This document shows positions 49,099-61,689 of a stretch of DNA of 64,000 nt, one piece after another. Under the pieces are notes generated by a model. That model did not search any database and had not been told where the DNA came from. It saw only the letters and a list, made by a program, of their open reading frames with translations. The DNA is taken from the NCBI GenBank assembly GCA_030390025.1, contig CM059435.1, positions 17,546,001-17,610,000 on the forward strand, read 5' to 3'. The translations under genes were made by a program, and so were the position numbers. The DNA comes from Squalus acanthias (Eukaryota). Numbering within the stretch: the first letter of the stretch is position 1; every line of letters begins with the position of its first letter.

Positions 49099-49814
49099 GG
49101 GGGGGGGGAAATTCGGTTGCTTTGCGCCTCCCGTTAGCGCCCTAAGAGGGCGCTAACGGGGCGCAAAGCAACTAGCGCCCAGGCGTGACGCCGCCAACGC
49201 CTCCCACGAAATTCAGTGGAGGTTAGCGGCAGCGCTAACCATTAGCGCCCCGCGGTGCTGCGCTGCCGGTGATGACGTCATCGTTGTGCGCAGCGCCCCG
49301 GCAGCGATCTTCGGTACCGCCCCCTGACTTACCGTCGGACGTTATGTCCGACGGGGTCAGGGGGGCCTACCTGCGGCCGGGGCGGCGCTATTTAAAGGCA
49401 AGGTGCCGGGCAGCCATTTTTGTTGCTGACCGCCTGCCAGCACCTGCCTTCGCTCCCGTCCCCGGCCTCCTGACCCGCCCCCCCCCCCCCCCCCCCCGCG
49501 GAGTGCCGGCTGTGCTCCAGGAGCCCGACACTTCACTTGAGTGCCGCGCTCTTTTGCCGGTACTCTGATCCCTGGGGGCCCAGCTGGGCCCCGGGTCGCA
49601 CTGCGCAAGGCCCCTCTCCTTTAAGAAGGGGAGGAAGGCCTGCAATACCGTGGCACGTAGCGCCTCGATATTCCCTCGCAGCGCCCCAAGAGGGAGGCGG
49701 GGCGCTTCCAGTAGCGCCCGCTTCCCTCTTGGGTCGCTACCACTCAATTTCGGCCGCCGGTTAGCGCCCTGGCGAAGTTAGCACCCCAAAGGGGGCGGGA
49801 CTCAATTTCTCCCC
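49099..49814. mobile_element. GC-rich Harbinger-type MITE
   Basis: TIRs GGGGAAATT.G / CAATTTCTCCCC, TSD CAG; left end matches the right end of 41945-44485 in reverse complement. Confidence 0.85.
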
Positions 49815-50799
49815 CAGAGTCTTTACCCGTCTTGCAAAGAAAAGCAATCCGAGCTGACACATTCATCCTTCGTGCAGAGTGTCTATGATTAAAAGAATCA
49901 ACATCAAATTTATTTACAGAGACATGATATAGAAGTGTAAGATAGCATTTCAACTCTCAATTTACAAGACCCCTATGGGTCCATGCATCTCCTTATCCTT
50001 AGTACCTTTAATACAGAAGAGTTATTTTTTGTTCTGATCAGACGTACCAGCTGTTTTCATGGTATTTTTTCTCCCACTTTTAGCACATTTGTTTAGATCA
50101 GAACAATTCAAAAAGATACGTTGCTGCTCTAAGTCACCAGTCTTCTCACTTTCATTTTTTTCTTTTCTATTCTATATCTAACAAGTGCAGTAATGCATGC
50201 TCTCAGTAACCCCCTCTTGGTAACTCGTAAAGCAGTTAATGCTGATACTGAGGCCTTGTTCTGTTGTATAAGAAACTTCAATTCCCATTAACAAATTATT
50301 TTCCCATAATAGGCTAATGTCCAATCCCCAGCAAAAGGTCGTAAAGGGAAGGTGATCTAAACACGGAGAACATAACTGAAGCATGGTCAGGAATATATAA
50401 GATCTATGCATGCATCCATAACCGGTTTTATTAGTACCTTGGATATCAAGAAATAGTTGACACAATAGTACTATTCTCGATTTGGAGCGTAAAACAAATA
50501 TGCTGCCCCTGAGGTGTGCTGGAGTTGACACAAACCCACCAAGCCAAATTCTTGTTCTCTTCTGAAGGCTTTGCTACTCAAAGAAGAATGTCTTGTCTTG
50601 TTACCAGGCAACCTCAGTGCTCATTTCTACCCATGGGCCATTCATACCAAATAAATAGTCCATAATTGAAAAGAAACCTATTTGAACCTCTGTTTGAAGC
50701 TATAAATACTTCCTAGGATCCAAATTGAATGACTCACCTGACTTTTAAGTGTTGTGCTTCTCCCTCTGGCTCAGTGTGCCTAATTATAACCTTTAAAAT

Positions 50800-51557
50800 A
50801 ATTTCTCGACCTGATCCAACCCGCCCACCTCGGTTTCACCGGAGGCGAGATGGGGGGGGCGGGCGACCAACCCGCTTCCAGGGGCCATTACCTCAATTTA
50901 AATATTGTAATGAGGCTGGATGCCCTTTTTTTTTTTCCCCCTCCATTTTGTGTTTAACTGCATGGAGATGGGTTTCACACAATTCGTGAAACCCGGCAGT
51001 TAAACTGAGGCGGGGACGGCTGGATCCAGGAGGTAAGTGGCTTTATATCGACCTCCTGGATCCAGGGTCTCGACCATACCCACCCCCACCCCCACCCCCT
51101 CATGATCAGAGACCCCGCCCACCCCCCCAAACGATGACGACGACTCCCCCCCCCCCCCCCCCCACCACCGATCCCTGCCAACCCCACCCCCCCCTCCCCG
51201 AGCCCTGCCGATACTCTCCCCAACTCCGGCCGATCCTCTCTTCCTCTCCCCCTCCTATCCCCGACTCCGGCCGATCCTCTTTCTCCACCCCCCAATCCCT
51301 ACCGATTGCCGACCCCCACCCCCCCCCCCCTCTCGGCGATCCCTCTCCAGGATCGGCCCCTCGCTTCTGAGGCCTGCCCACCCGCAGCCAGCCAGCCTCT
51401 CAATCTGGCTGGCTGCGGGCGGGAATTCAAGGCCTCTCATTCAAATCAGGCCCTGCCGTTAAAGTCAGCAGGGCCTGCGGGAAACCGGCCTCCGGGTTTC
51501 CTGCCCACCTCAGAGGCCCCCTGCCCCCAACCCGCCTCCCTAGAGAAAATTCCAGCC
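50800..51557. mobile_element. Harbinger-type MITE remnant
   Basis: Right terminus AAAATTCCAGCC; C-rich CCGATC internal repeats; left end unclear. Confidence 0.6.
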
Positions 51558-51868
51558 ATTATGTCTGTCCAAGTTACCCAAGCAACTCTTTCCTCTTAAT
51601 GGCATTGCGAATGTCCCTGATATTCCCCATTATAACTTTGAAAAAGAAAAATGCAGAGCAAGAATCCCATGCAGCACAAATTCATAGTTGATGCATCCTG
51701 AAAAAAATATTGAAATGCACCATTATTTCCTTCCTCTCCTGCCATGAGAATTGGAATTTTGGGTGCAGATTGCACGTCATTTTTCAACCATTGAATAGTC
51801 CAAAAATCAAGACCATCACCTGACAAACTTCCAACATGTGCTTCTGAACTATTCTGTATAATGAACAT

Positions 51869-52604
51869 TGGCCCGGAATTTGCTGTCAGCGGCGAAGCTA
51901 AGGCGCTTGCCACTGACCTCAAAGAAAGCAGCTCACAGGGACTTCGTGATCTCTGGGGAGAAGTTTGCCTTTCTCGACGTGCAATTGATTGTAGCACAGT
52001 GTAATGGGAATCCCCAGCGAAGAGCTGTAGTGATGTCAACAAGCTGTCTAAGCAGCCAATCACATTGAAGAATTCTCACAGATAGCAAACCAGGAAATGA
52101 AAAGCAGCTTTTATCCATACTTTTTAAAAAGGTTACAGAGAGCGAAATAAAGATTGGGACGTTCACATGGGGATAAGGTAGAAACTGAAATATCATGAAC
52201 AGACTTTAAAGTTTTAAAAAAAATTGTACTTTTTAATCATCATGAAGAAATTTGGCACTCCACAAATATCAAATTTAGTTTTTCAGGGCCCAAACGTTTG
52301 TTTAGTAGTCAATACGCTGTTAAAACCCCAGTTACACCTATTCCAACAAGGTTTAACATTTAATGGGGTATTTAACAGCGGTATTGCCACGGAAAAACCC
52401 AAGTTTTCATCCGTTTCACTGATTGCCGGCTATGGGGGCGGGGGGGGGGGTGCGGTCCACAGCGCAGCCACTGTCGGTTCAGTGAACAACTGACCGCAAC
52501 TTCAGGATTTCCATGTTTAGATGCGCATGCGCTAAATCCTGAAGTTGCGGTCGATTTCGGAGGGGTAATGACAGCGAACACTGACAGTTTGCAAAACCCG
52601 AGCC
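51869..52604. mobile_element. Harbinger-type MITE
   Basis: Imperfect TIRs GGCCCGGAATTTGC / GCAAAACCCGAGCC. Confidence 0.65.
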
Positions 52605-53138
52605 GTTGTTGTTATGCTCCACCGTCCAATTCTGAATTGACTTTTTCTGAAACAACATGTGATTCAGGAGTTGTGGTTAATTTGTTTATTGACATCCCCA
52701 TTGAGTGGGGAAAGCAGAGTCCTGTACATAATCTAATGCAGAGACAAGTAGTCAATATAAACAAAATGACAACATACTGGTTGGCTGAGTATTTTTCAGT
52801 TTTTTTGCAACTGATCTGTAGCCCTGAGCCAGTACCCCAATACTTTACTATCATTAGTCAGCTCCATTCTTGAAGATTTATTCAAATATAACCCAAGAAC
52901 ATCTCAAGATAAACAGAATGTTAGGATTTCATCCATTGAAACTACTTGTTTTACTCGGGTCTCGTAGCAGTCTCATTCATCTTACACCAAATGCTGTTAT
53001 TTCCAGAATCATTGAATTCATAATGGATTAGTAACTCATGCCCCTTGAAAAAATACTCACAGAAAAGGGTATAATATGTTGTAGAAGGAGTTTGTGTTTA
53101 AAAAGGGCAATTTAATGTAGGAAAAATATTGAGACATT

Positions 53139-53287
53139 GGGGTAGATTTTCACCGTCACCGCCTTGGCAGTAATCTGGCCGAGCAGATCATTGCCCGTTC
53201 TGGAACGATACAGTGGGCAGGTGATCTGCTCCAGCAACAACTTGCATTTATATAGCACCTTTGGCAGTGAAAAGAAAAGTCTACCCC
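53139..53287. mobile_element. Short hairpin MITE
   Basis: TIRs GGGGTAGATTTT / AAAGTCTACCCC, TSD ATT; related to 56020-56120. Confidence 0.7.
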
Positions 53288-55153
53288 ATTGTTTTTATGA
53301 TCTTGTCTAATTTATTGAGAGAAAAATATTTTGGTGTTCTATGTGGGTGGGATGATTTGCAGTCGTAGTTTCCAGTACAGGTTTACTCAGGGAGCTTGAA
53401 AGGCCATTTAATAGTTCAGATGAGCGAGATCCTTTTTTTGAATAATGAAATATTAATGATGAGAAAATGTTCTCTGCTGCATTAGTTAATTATCACCGAA
53501 AGCAGAAATTCTACTTCTGTTCTTTTTTGCACACATGGTATGGTTATTAGTTGTTGGTATACAAGACTGATTTTACTGTCCATTGTCTGTGGGTGGGGAG
53601 ACAATCCTAGCCCAGACTGTGTAATTAAAAAATGTCTCGCTTATTTTTCTCATTGCTATGTGATCGTGATTATTCACAAACTGCACCCTACCTTGTCCAC
53701 TTTATTTTGTGGTTGTCAAGGTAAAGGATATTGCTGGTAATAAATGGAATATCTTTCCACTTTTGGCATCCTCCCAATACCAATATCACGCACTCCCATG
53801 TCAAATGTAGCATGGGCTATGTGCAGAGTAAAGCTCCTCCTACTGTGCTCCACAGCGCTTATAAATACAAGTATCTTTTTATTTTATTGAGTGCCCTGTT
53901 TTGTAAGTCGAAGATTAACAATCTGGCAGTTTGTTTGACTTCTTCTGATGCAGCTTTCTCTTGTAAATCTTTGACTTTTTGTAACTTACACGGTGAAATG
54001 CGTCTGTACTTGTATTTACAGTGTTCATATTTGGAAGTAAAGCTTTTCAACGTTCATTAGTCAATGGATTTGACTATTATTAACCCATCGTTCTTTGCTG
54101 CTCCACTAGATGCAGTACTTTCTCAACTGAAGCCCAAATTTATTGTTTAAAACGGAAGCTACCCGTATTGGTAAGTACGTTTATTGTGAACTACTTGACC
54201 ACTCGCATTCCATACTGTTATTTTATAACTTCTAGAGAGGCCAATATTAAAGGGGTCCTCCGTAGACTTTTTCACTGAGTAGAATAAATTTCATGATAAC
54301 GAGCTGCAGGAGCGTGTTTGTTATCTTAAAACAAAAGGCAGAAGACAAAAGGGATGATGGTGCAAGGCAAAAAAAGATGGTAATGGGACAAGTAAAGAAA
54401 CAAAAGATGAGTCGAAAAGAGGTGTTTGTTATCTGCTATAGATTCTTCTGTATGCTGCTTTGAGGAATATGTTATTATTTGAAATTTCTAAGAAAGGACT
54501 TATGAGGATCATGTATAATATTTTCAAATCCCACTTCTATGTGCGACTTACAATTTCGAATCCAGTTTTTGTAGTATGCACGTTTTCTACAGGTTTTTAA
54601 ACTCCAAGCTTGTTCTCGCCTAAACCACCAATATCTCATCTTCTCCCCTACTCTTTTTAACTTTGATGGTTTTCCATGCTATGTGTTTTTGTCGTGGTAG
54701 TCATAGATTCATTCGTCTTTGGTTGCACTTCACTTTCTTTGGGCAGATTTCAAATAGGCTTTTCTGTTATAGGATGGCTGCACCAACTCCTAACATAGAT
54801 TTCAATTTGAAGTATATTGTTTGGGGTGACTTTGTAATTTGAATCCTACAATTACTACGTTCAATCCTTGTACACAGTAATTCTGATATGAATTCCAGAG
54901 CCTCCGCTAAGTGCAACAGGAAGCATTTTGCCAACAATATTCCATTGGCAGATTCAATGCTCATGGTTAAAAAAAACAAATGAGATTTGGAGAGGCAAGT
55001 AGTGCTCCCTGTTTGTAGCATACAACTGGGGTTTTGTCATTATTGTCAAGGAGTACTGTGTATTGTACGATTTTTCACCTTAGTCCCTCCGTATCTGTCC
55101 CAAAAAAAGACTGTCAGTCATAGAAATAAGCCAATTCTCTTGGTAAAATGCAA

Positions 55154-55462
55154 CACGGTGGCATAGTGGTTAGCACTGTTGCCTCACAGCGCCAGGGACC
55201 CGGGTTCAAATCCGGCCTCGGGTAACTGTCTGTGTGGAGTTTGCACATTCTCCCCGTGTCAGCGTGGGTTTCCTCCGGGTGCTCCGGTTTCCTCCCACAG
55301 TCCAAAGATGTGCGGGTTAGGTTGATTTGGCTATGATAAAATTGACCCTTAGTGTTAGGGGGATTAAATACGTGGGGTTACGGGATAGGGTGGGATATGT
55401 GTCGGTGCAGGCTCGATGGGCCGAAATGGCCTCTATCTGCACTGTGGGGATTCTGTGATTCT
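55154..55462 (+). mobile_element. V-SINE (HE1-like)
   Basis: tRNA head GGTGGCATAGTGGTTAGCAC...GGGTTCAAATCC; V-core GTGTGGAGTTTGCACATTCTCCCCGTGTC.GCGTGGGTTTCCTCCGGGTGCTCCGGTTTCCTCCCACAGTCCAAAGA; CR1-like tail. Confidence 0.92.
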
Positions 55463-56019
55463 GTGTAAACTTTAGTAATGTTTTTATTGGCATGATTTTG
55501 GACAGCAATACAACCTTTGCATCGAGAGTTTCAGCGCTCAAGGCGGGGGGTTGATTTCTGTCATCTTAGGCGGTAGTTTCTCACCGTCGACTGCGGCCCG
55601 AGGAGGGCCAAGCAGACTCTTCATATTCACCTTTTTCTAATCTCCTTCACCTCCAATCCTAAATCCTTGTTCAGGTGCACAGTTTTTGGTGATTCGCTAA
55701 CCTTGCTTGGGGGTAGTAAATAATGAAGTGTTTTACTCCTAGCCCAGACCGTTAGTGTGGTCAGAGCCATCTGCTTTCCTCATTCCGTTATCTCCTTTGT
55801 TTCAGCTAACCCTTGGTTCCCCCATTTCCTAATCTGATAGCAACCTCATTATGCTGTTAGTTTCTTACTGATAAACCAGTTCAGAGTGCAACAGTCCTTA
55901 GTGTTAGTGACTTTATTTGTTAAGGTTCGAGCAAACTTTCTCCAATAATCCTTCAGTACATGGATTCAATGAGTGGATCAAAATAATAACTCTGCACATA
56001 AAATTCACTCCGAATCCAT

Positions 56020-56120
56020 AGGGTAGATTTTTATCTTCACTGCCTGGGCAATAATCAGGCAGTTCCTATAAATGGCCCAACTAGATTACCACCCAATTGG
56101 TGAAGATGAAAATATACCCC
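56020..56120. mobile_element. Short hairpin MITE
   Basis: GGGTAGATTTTTATCTTCAC / GTGAAGATGAAAATATACCC, TSD CAT. Confidence 0.7.
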
Positions 56121-56739
56121 CATGACTGAGGTAGTGCACTACTCTTATGGAAGAAAAGAGCATATTTCAGATGGCCAGGCAGCAAACAAAATCGACACCT
56201 AAAGTAGGAACACACAAGACAAAGTAGCAGTTCTCAACCTCTCGAGTCATCCCCCTCCTCCTTAAACCAGGACCCAATGCCGTGCTTGGTCTCAACAGCA
56301 ACTCATTCAACTTCTCCCCTGCCCCTCTTTTCCTCCCCACCCCCTACCCAAAGAGTCTCTCTAAAGTTCAAACATGGCTTTTGATCCAAAGTCTGATTCC
56401 CCTCCCTTCTGAAGGTCACCAACTGAGACCACATTTCCCCCCCCCCCCCACCCAACATACAAAAGCATCTCCAGTAACTACCCCAGAAATCATAGCAAGT
56501 ACCCAGCGCAGCGCCATCACTCAGAAGGAAATAGGACTCACGCACCCCAAATGTAACATCACCAGCCTAACCAATGGCACCAGTGAGAACAGCCCCATAA
56601 AGTGTGTTTGTGGGATTTTGACTAATTTGCACGAGTTTAACATTTATTTACCACCCTAACAATGGGTCTTGGCCCTTCACCTCGGTTTCTAAATAAAGAA
56701 AAACTGTATGCATAGATGTGCTGCTCAAAGTTTTTTTAA

Positions 56740-57135
56740 TATTCTCGGGATACGGGTGTCACTGGCAAGGCCGGCAGATATTGCTCATTTCTAGATTCCC
56801 TGAGATGGCAGTGGTGGTCCTTCTTAAACGACAGCAGTTTGATACAACTGAGTGGCCTGCTACACTACTTCAAAAAGGCAGTTCAGTGTCAACCAACGTT
56901 GGTAAGATTAGGTCAAATCCGGTAACGACAGTAGGTTTCCTTCCCTAAAGTAAACTCCATGGTCACTTTTACTGATGCCAGTTTTTTTAATTTCCGATTT
57001 TGTTTTTTTTAATAAATTTATATACAGAATTCAAGTTCTCAAAGTTCCATGATGGCATTTGAACTCTTATTCCTCTGGTTTATTAGTCCAGGCCTCTAGA
57101 TTACTAGTCTAGTAATGTAACCACTACACTGTCGT
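56740..57135 (-). mobile_element. tRNA-derived SINE with a LINE-X-like tail
   Basis: Head homologous to 21951-22180; tail resembles the LINE-X 3' end. Confidence 0.6.
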
Positions 57136-57711
57136 TCCCCTCATAATCGCTTTCTTTCTTTTCTGTTCTGTTAAGTGCAAAATATAAAATAGGGATGTGG
57201 AATATATTACAAATAAATATGTTAGATTAAAAGTTAGGGTATAATGCAAGATTTTATTAAAAGCAGTGGGGGGGGGGGGAAATGCTGTTGTCGCAATTGG
57301 GCTGTTTATTGGTGTAGGAAAAGCAATAGCAAATCTTGCATTATAGAGTTACCTTCTCTGTGATTTTGGTACCATAAACTAAACTAAGCAATTAAATTTG
57401 AACCCTGCACATTGGTGAGTGAAGTGGTGCAAATCAGACAAAGGTTGAGTTCTTCTGTCCTCATAGTGAGCAATATTGGGACTTGAGATAGTCCTACTAA
57501 TAATATGTGTAGCTGATAGTAATTGCCATGTTTCTTCTGCAGAATGAAGAAAATAAGATTCATATAAGAAAACCCTGAGGACATGACATCAGTCACCGCG
57601 ACAGACTGTTAAGTGGAATTCTGAAGGGGATCATTCTCCCACTCCTCGTCTACAAGAATCGCATATTGCGGAGAATCTTTGAAAGTGATAACCTTTGCAG
57701 TTAGATTGGAA

Positions 57712-58453
57712 ATGTCGAGCCATTTAACAGGAGATGCTTCATTCAGCTCCAGACAGGAGCTGCTGAATTTAAATGAACCATCCTCAAGTCCTAATAATTT
57801 GGACACTCTGAGTTCTTCAGAAACCAGCAAGAAAATACAATGCAATGGGACATCAAAAGTATACGATAACTCATTCCAGTTCAAATTAATCCAGAACAAA
57901 ACAGAAAATATGTGTGGCTGGGGTCTGTTGAAGCCCAAATGTTTGCAGGTTTTTAACACACCAAAAGGAGTACTCTTCTTCCTCTGCACTGCTTCCTTTC
58001 TCCAAGGAATGATAGTGAATGGATTTATAAATACTGTGATTACCTCAATCGAACGGAGATTTGACCTACGTAGTTACCACAGTGGAATGATTGCCAGCTC
58101 TTATGACATAGCAGCATGCGTCTGCCTGATTTTTGTCAGTTACTTTGGCGGCAGTGGTCACAAACCACGTTGGCTTGGCTGGGGGGTTCTAATCATGGCT
58201 TTGGGATCACTAGTGTTTACCTTGCCTCAGTTTATCTCTGGTCCTTATGAAGTGAATCTATCTGACCAGACTGGATTGTGCCACTCTAATCAGTCTACAC
58301 AGTGCAACGAAGGTTCATCAAGTTATTCCAACTACAGGTTTGTGTTTATGCTTGGACAGTTCCTCCATGGCGTAGGAGCAACTCCACTGTACACCCTGGG
58401 AGTGACCTACTTAGATGAAAATGTCAAGTCAAACTATGCTCCTGTTTACATTG
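57712..58453 (+). CDS. SLCO4A1: Solute carrier organic anion transporter 4A1 (OATP4A1), first coding exon
   Basis: [56 protein letters not shown]...[14 protein letters not shown]...[28 protein letters not shown]; ATG at 57712; phase-1 donor G|GTGAGT at 58453/58454; downstream exons not seen in the window. Confidence 0.93.
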
Positions 58454-58649
58454 GTGAGTTTTGGGAGAAACTGTGATGTGCAGTTTTACTATGCTGGAGT
58501 TGCTAATGCCTGTGTGAATCATTGATGTGATAATTGTGATAGCAAGTGGACTGGTAATGCCGTGTGCTTGTGCCTCTTGAGGTCAGGGATGTGTGACTTA
58601 ATTTATTCAAATAAAACTAATACCTGTTTGGAAAACAAAATAAACGTGT

Positions 58650-58766
58650 AGGGAATTTCCTCGGGGCTTTTCCCGCTCTGCGGCAGTAACTTCGGCGGAA
58701 GTTCGGAGAAAACGGGGTTTCTGCCGAAGTTATGGTGGCAGAGCGGGGCGAAGAGGGAATTCCTGC
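58650..58766. mobile_element. Short hairpin MITE-like element
   Basis: Inverted arms CCGCTCTGC..TAACTTCGGC.GAA / TTCTGCCGAAGTTA..GCAGAGCGG. Confidence 0.6.
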
Positions 58767-60519
58767 CGATGCTGTAAACTAAGATGTGAAAATTGTCAGC
58801 TACAGACCTTATAAACAAAATCATAAGGATCAACTTTATTACTTACTTGCGGGATACAAGGAAGCACACTGAAAACTCAAGTATAGATTCTGAGAACACT
58901 CGATGCTCGACAGCTACTTGGTGAGAATATTCAGATATTTTGCACATATTTGGGAAGATTTCCAAGTAAACACTTCAGGTCTTCCAATTTGAAAACATGT
59001 CACTTTGCCTTTAAAATGACACAGACTTTGCTTTTGAATTTTGATCTTGTGTAGCTAAACATTTTAAAATGACTGAATTCTGCTTGTTTTGCATGCATAG
59101 GAAGGCTAGTAATTTGTACAGATCATTGTGTAGATCTGTTTGACTACACATTCCCCAGTCAGAACATGTGCTTCCTTTTATTTCCCCACCCCGCAAAAAG
59201 CTGCTCTTTTTTCTGATGGAGAACCCAGCTAAAATAGATTGCTGAATCTGACGGCACTATAAAGAGTGTTAACTTTTGTGAAGACCTAGTACAGTCTTGG
59301 AAGCTCTTGTGACTTATATCATGTAACTGACTGTAAACTGTAGGCAAGACTTGTGAAAACCAAAAGTGGGATTAACTAAAAAGGGGAACGAATCATGAAT
59401 CACTGCAAAGTTACAGTGACTCACTTGGGCATTTGTGTCTTGTGCTAGAAAATGTGTCAATATTTGATGATATACCTGTTGCTAACTAAATTTGATTTAA
59501 AAAATAAAATAATGATTACCAGAATTTTAGGAATTAACCATAATGAATCAAAAGTAACATTTTCCTGGCTTTAAATGAGTTTGTTGAATCAGATATTCTT
59601 TGAGTCACAATGCCCTGTAATTCTGTACGGGATGGCTTCTACTGGATGGTTCTCAGTAACTTCAATGCTGGATGCTTTCATCGGCACTACATGCATATTT
59701 GTTCTTTTCTTGCCCAAAAGTATCTTCAGCCTTCTTTCTTAATTACAGCAAAATGCTTCTAAAACGAGCTTCTCCGTGGATGCATTTTGCTGTTAAGTAG
59801 TTGAGCTTTTGCTCCACTCAAACCTCTATTTGGCTTTAACAATCAATAGTTAACCAGTGTGTCAGTAATTGTTATAAACAGTAATCATCCATGCCCTTTT
59901 TCCAGTATTCGACAACCTGTCGTCTGTGTAGGCATCATATGACTAATGAAGGTGATTATTACTTTGCCGGCTGCAAACCTAAGCCGTACTCTACTTTCAC
60001 CCAGCATGCCTATTTGTACACCCAAAATCCTTCCCCCATCCCAAACTATTGCGAAAAAAGTGCCTTTTTTCAACCAAAAAAAATCCCAATTTTCTCCAGT
60101 GATGGGAACTAAGACGAGTAGTAATAGACATTCAGGCTATGGTTGACTGAGATTGCATTGTTAACCCCCCCCCCCCCAAAAAAAAAGTGCTTTAGCAATT
60201 GCCATCACCCTGCAAAGACTACCATGTAATGCAGAATATATTATAGTTGTGTGTCTTTAACACAAAGTCTAATTGTTGTTAAGTAAACACTGGGTGAGGT
60301 AATTGCTTCTGAGGTTTAAGGTCCTATCTCTGGCATATGAATTGGTAAGTTCAATGAGTAGTTCTGGATTCTAAGGCTCCTGTTACAAATGATTGCCTCC
60401 TGTTTATTTATGGTTTGTTTTGAAGTCTAACACCTGAAGTATGATGGACAGTAAATGTGCGCTCGACACACATTTTCATAATGGAGATGTGCTTATGTAC
60501 ATGTCTGGAAGTAGGTTAG

Positions 60520-61152
60520 GGCCTGGAATTTCCTCCGCGAGCGCAATCCGAAGTTTAGTCACGAAAATGCGGCCATTCTGCTCAAATCCCCTGCAAATCT
60601 CATTAGAATATGTACAAACATAAAATGGGGGTAAATCAGCGAAAATCGGCATAAACAATTTGGGGCCCAAGGAAAGTGCTGAACTTGCACTATATGCTTC
60701 TTAAGTATGAAAATTTAGGTTTGAACTCATTTAACCATCATTAATGCACATTAGGCACAGCTTGTTTAAGGAACTGAAATCAGTATAAGATTTTCAATTT
60801 TTAATGTGATTTATACTGTTGCCAGTTGGTGAGGATAAATTAAAAAATCAAAAGCTCAAAATTTCACTGACTTGTCGATAGCAATGACTTATTTCCTGTT
60901 GTCTGAAAATCTGGTTGGAATTTGAAGAGAGCTTCTGTGCAAACGCAATTGCAAGAAACTCGCGTATCGTGCTCTGTAACTTGGGGGCGGAGCCATTATT
61001 AATGCAGCGATCCATTCGGGCGGAGGAGTGATAGACTATCATAAAAGATCAAGGAGATAAGGCGTATTGTACTTGCATGCGTAACTCAAAATATTTGATT
61101 TGTGTCCGATTGCGTGTGTCGCGGGGCGTAAATATGCAGGAAATTCCAGGCC
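60520..61152. mobile_element. Harbinger-type MITE
   Basis: Perfect TIR GGCCTGGAATTTCCT / AGGAAATTCCAGGCC, TSD TAG. Confidence 0.88.
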
Positions 61153-61689
61153 TAGGAGTTTGCAATGTAATTTTGGACTTCCAGTGGGTATTTATTATTA
61201 TCTGAATCGCTTAATTGTGTTGCTGCTTTTTAAAATGCCCCTCAGTGTCTTCCCAAGTTTGATTCGTGCATTAGATACGAGTTCTTGTTTTTTTTTTAAT
61301 TTGTGAAGAGGTCTAACTTTTGAGTGGAAAAAACATGTCCTTGGAATGGATCCTACACTGAAAGCATTTGTGTTTTTTTTGTGGTCTGTCACGATATTAG
61401 TAAATTCAATTTTGTCTGCACAGGCAGTTGTCTGGCTAGCACCAATAATTCTGTCCAACTGCGTCCATAATTCTGGTTGGCTTCACAACGTGTTGGACCG
61501 TGTCAGTTGAAAGCTAACACCATTGACAGACCTCTAATAATGATTAACATCATGCCCTTGAATACAGGAAAGCACTTGCTTGCAATGTCATTAAGGAAAA
61601 GAGGCAAATAGAACAAAAATAATATTTTATTGTAAGAACTAGTTTATTTAGTAGATTAAAATTATATCAATACAGAGAGAAAGAAACAC

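Noticed and set aside
49099-51557. CpG island / SLCO4A1 promoter
   Set aside because: The CpG-rich blocks are bounded by Harbinger-type TIRs and match other MITE ends in the window
54325-54425. Possible Penelope internal fragment
   Set aside because: Short purine-rich match from memory only; no supporting structure in this window
55154-55230. tRNA gene
   Set aside because: It is the tRNA-derived head of a V-SINE; the same applies to the heads near 16500, 22150 and 57100
1-57500. miR-1/miR-133 cluster expected from human synteny
   Set aside because: I did not spot the mature sequences TGGAATGTAAAGAAGT or TTTGGTCCCCTTCAACC by eye; an exact search would be needed to exclude them
57679-58476. 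ORF-track boundaries for SLCO4A1
   Set aside because: The track start is a non-ATG codon and its end reads through the GTGAGT donor; 57712-58453 is better supported
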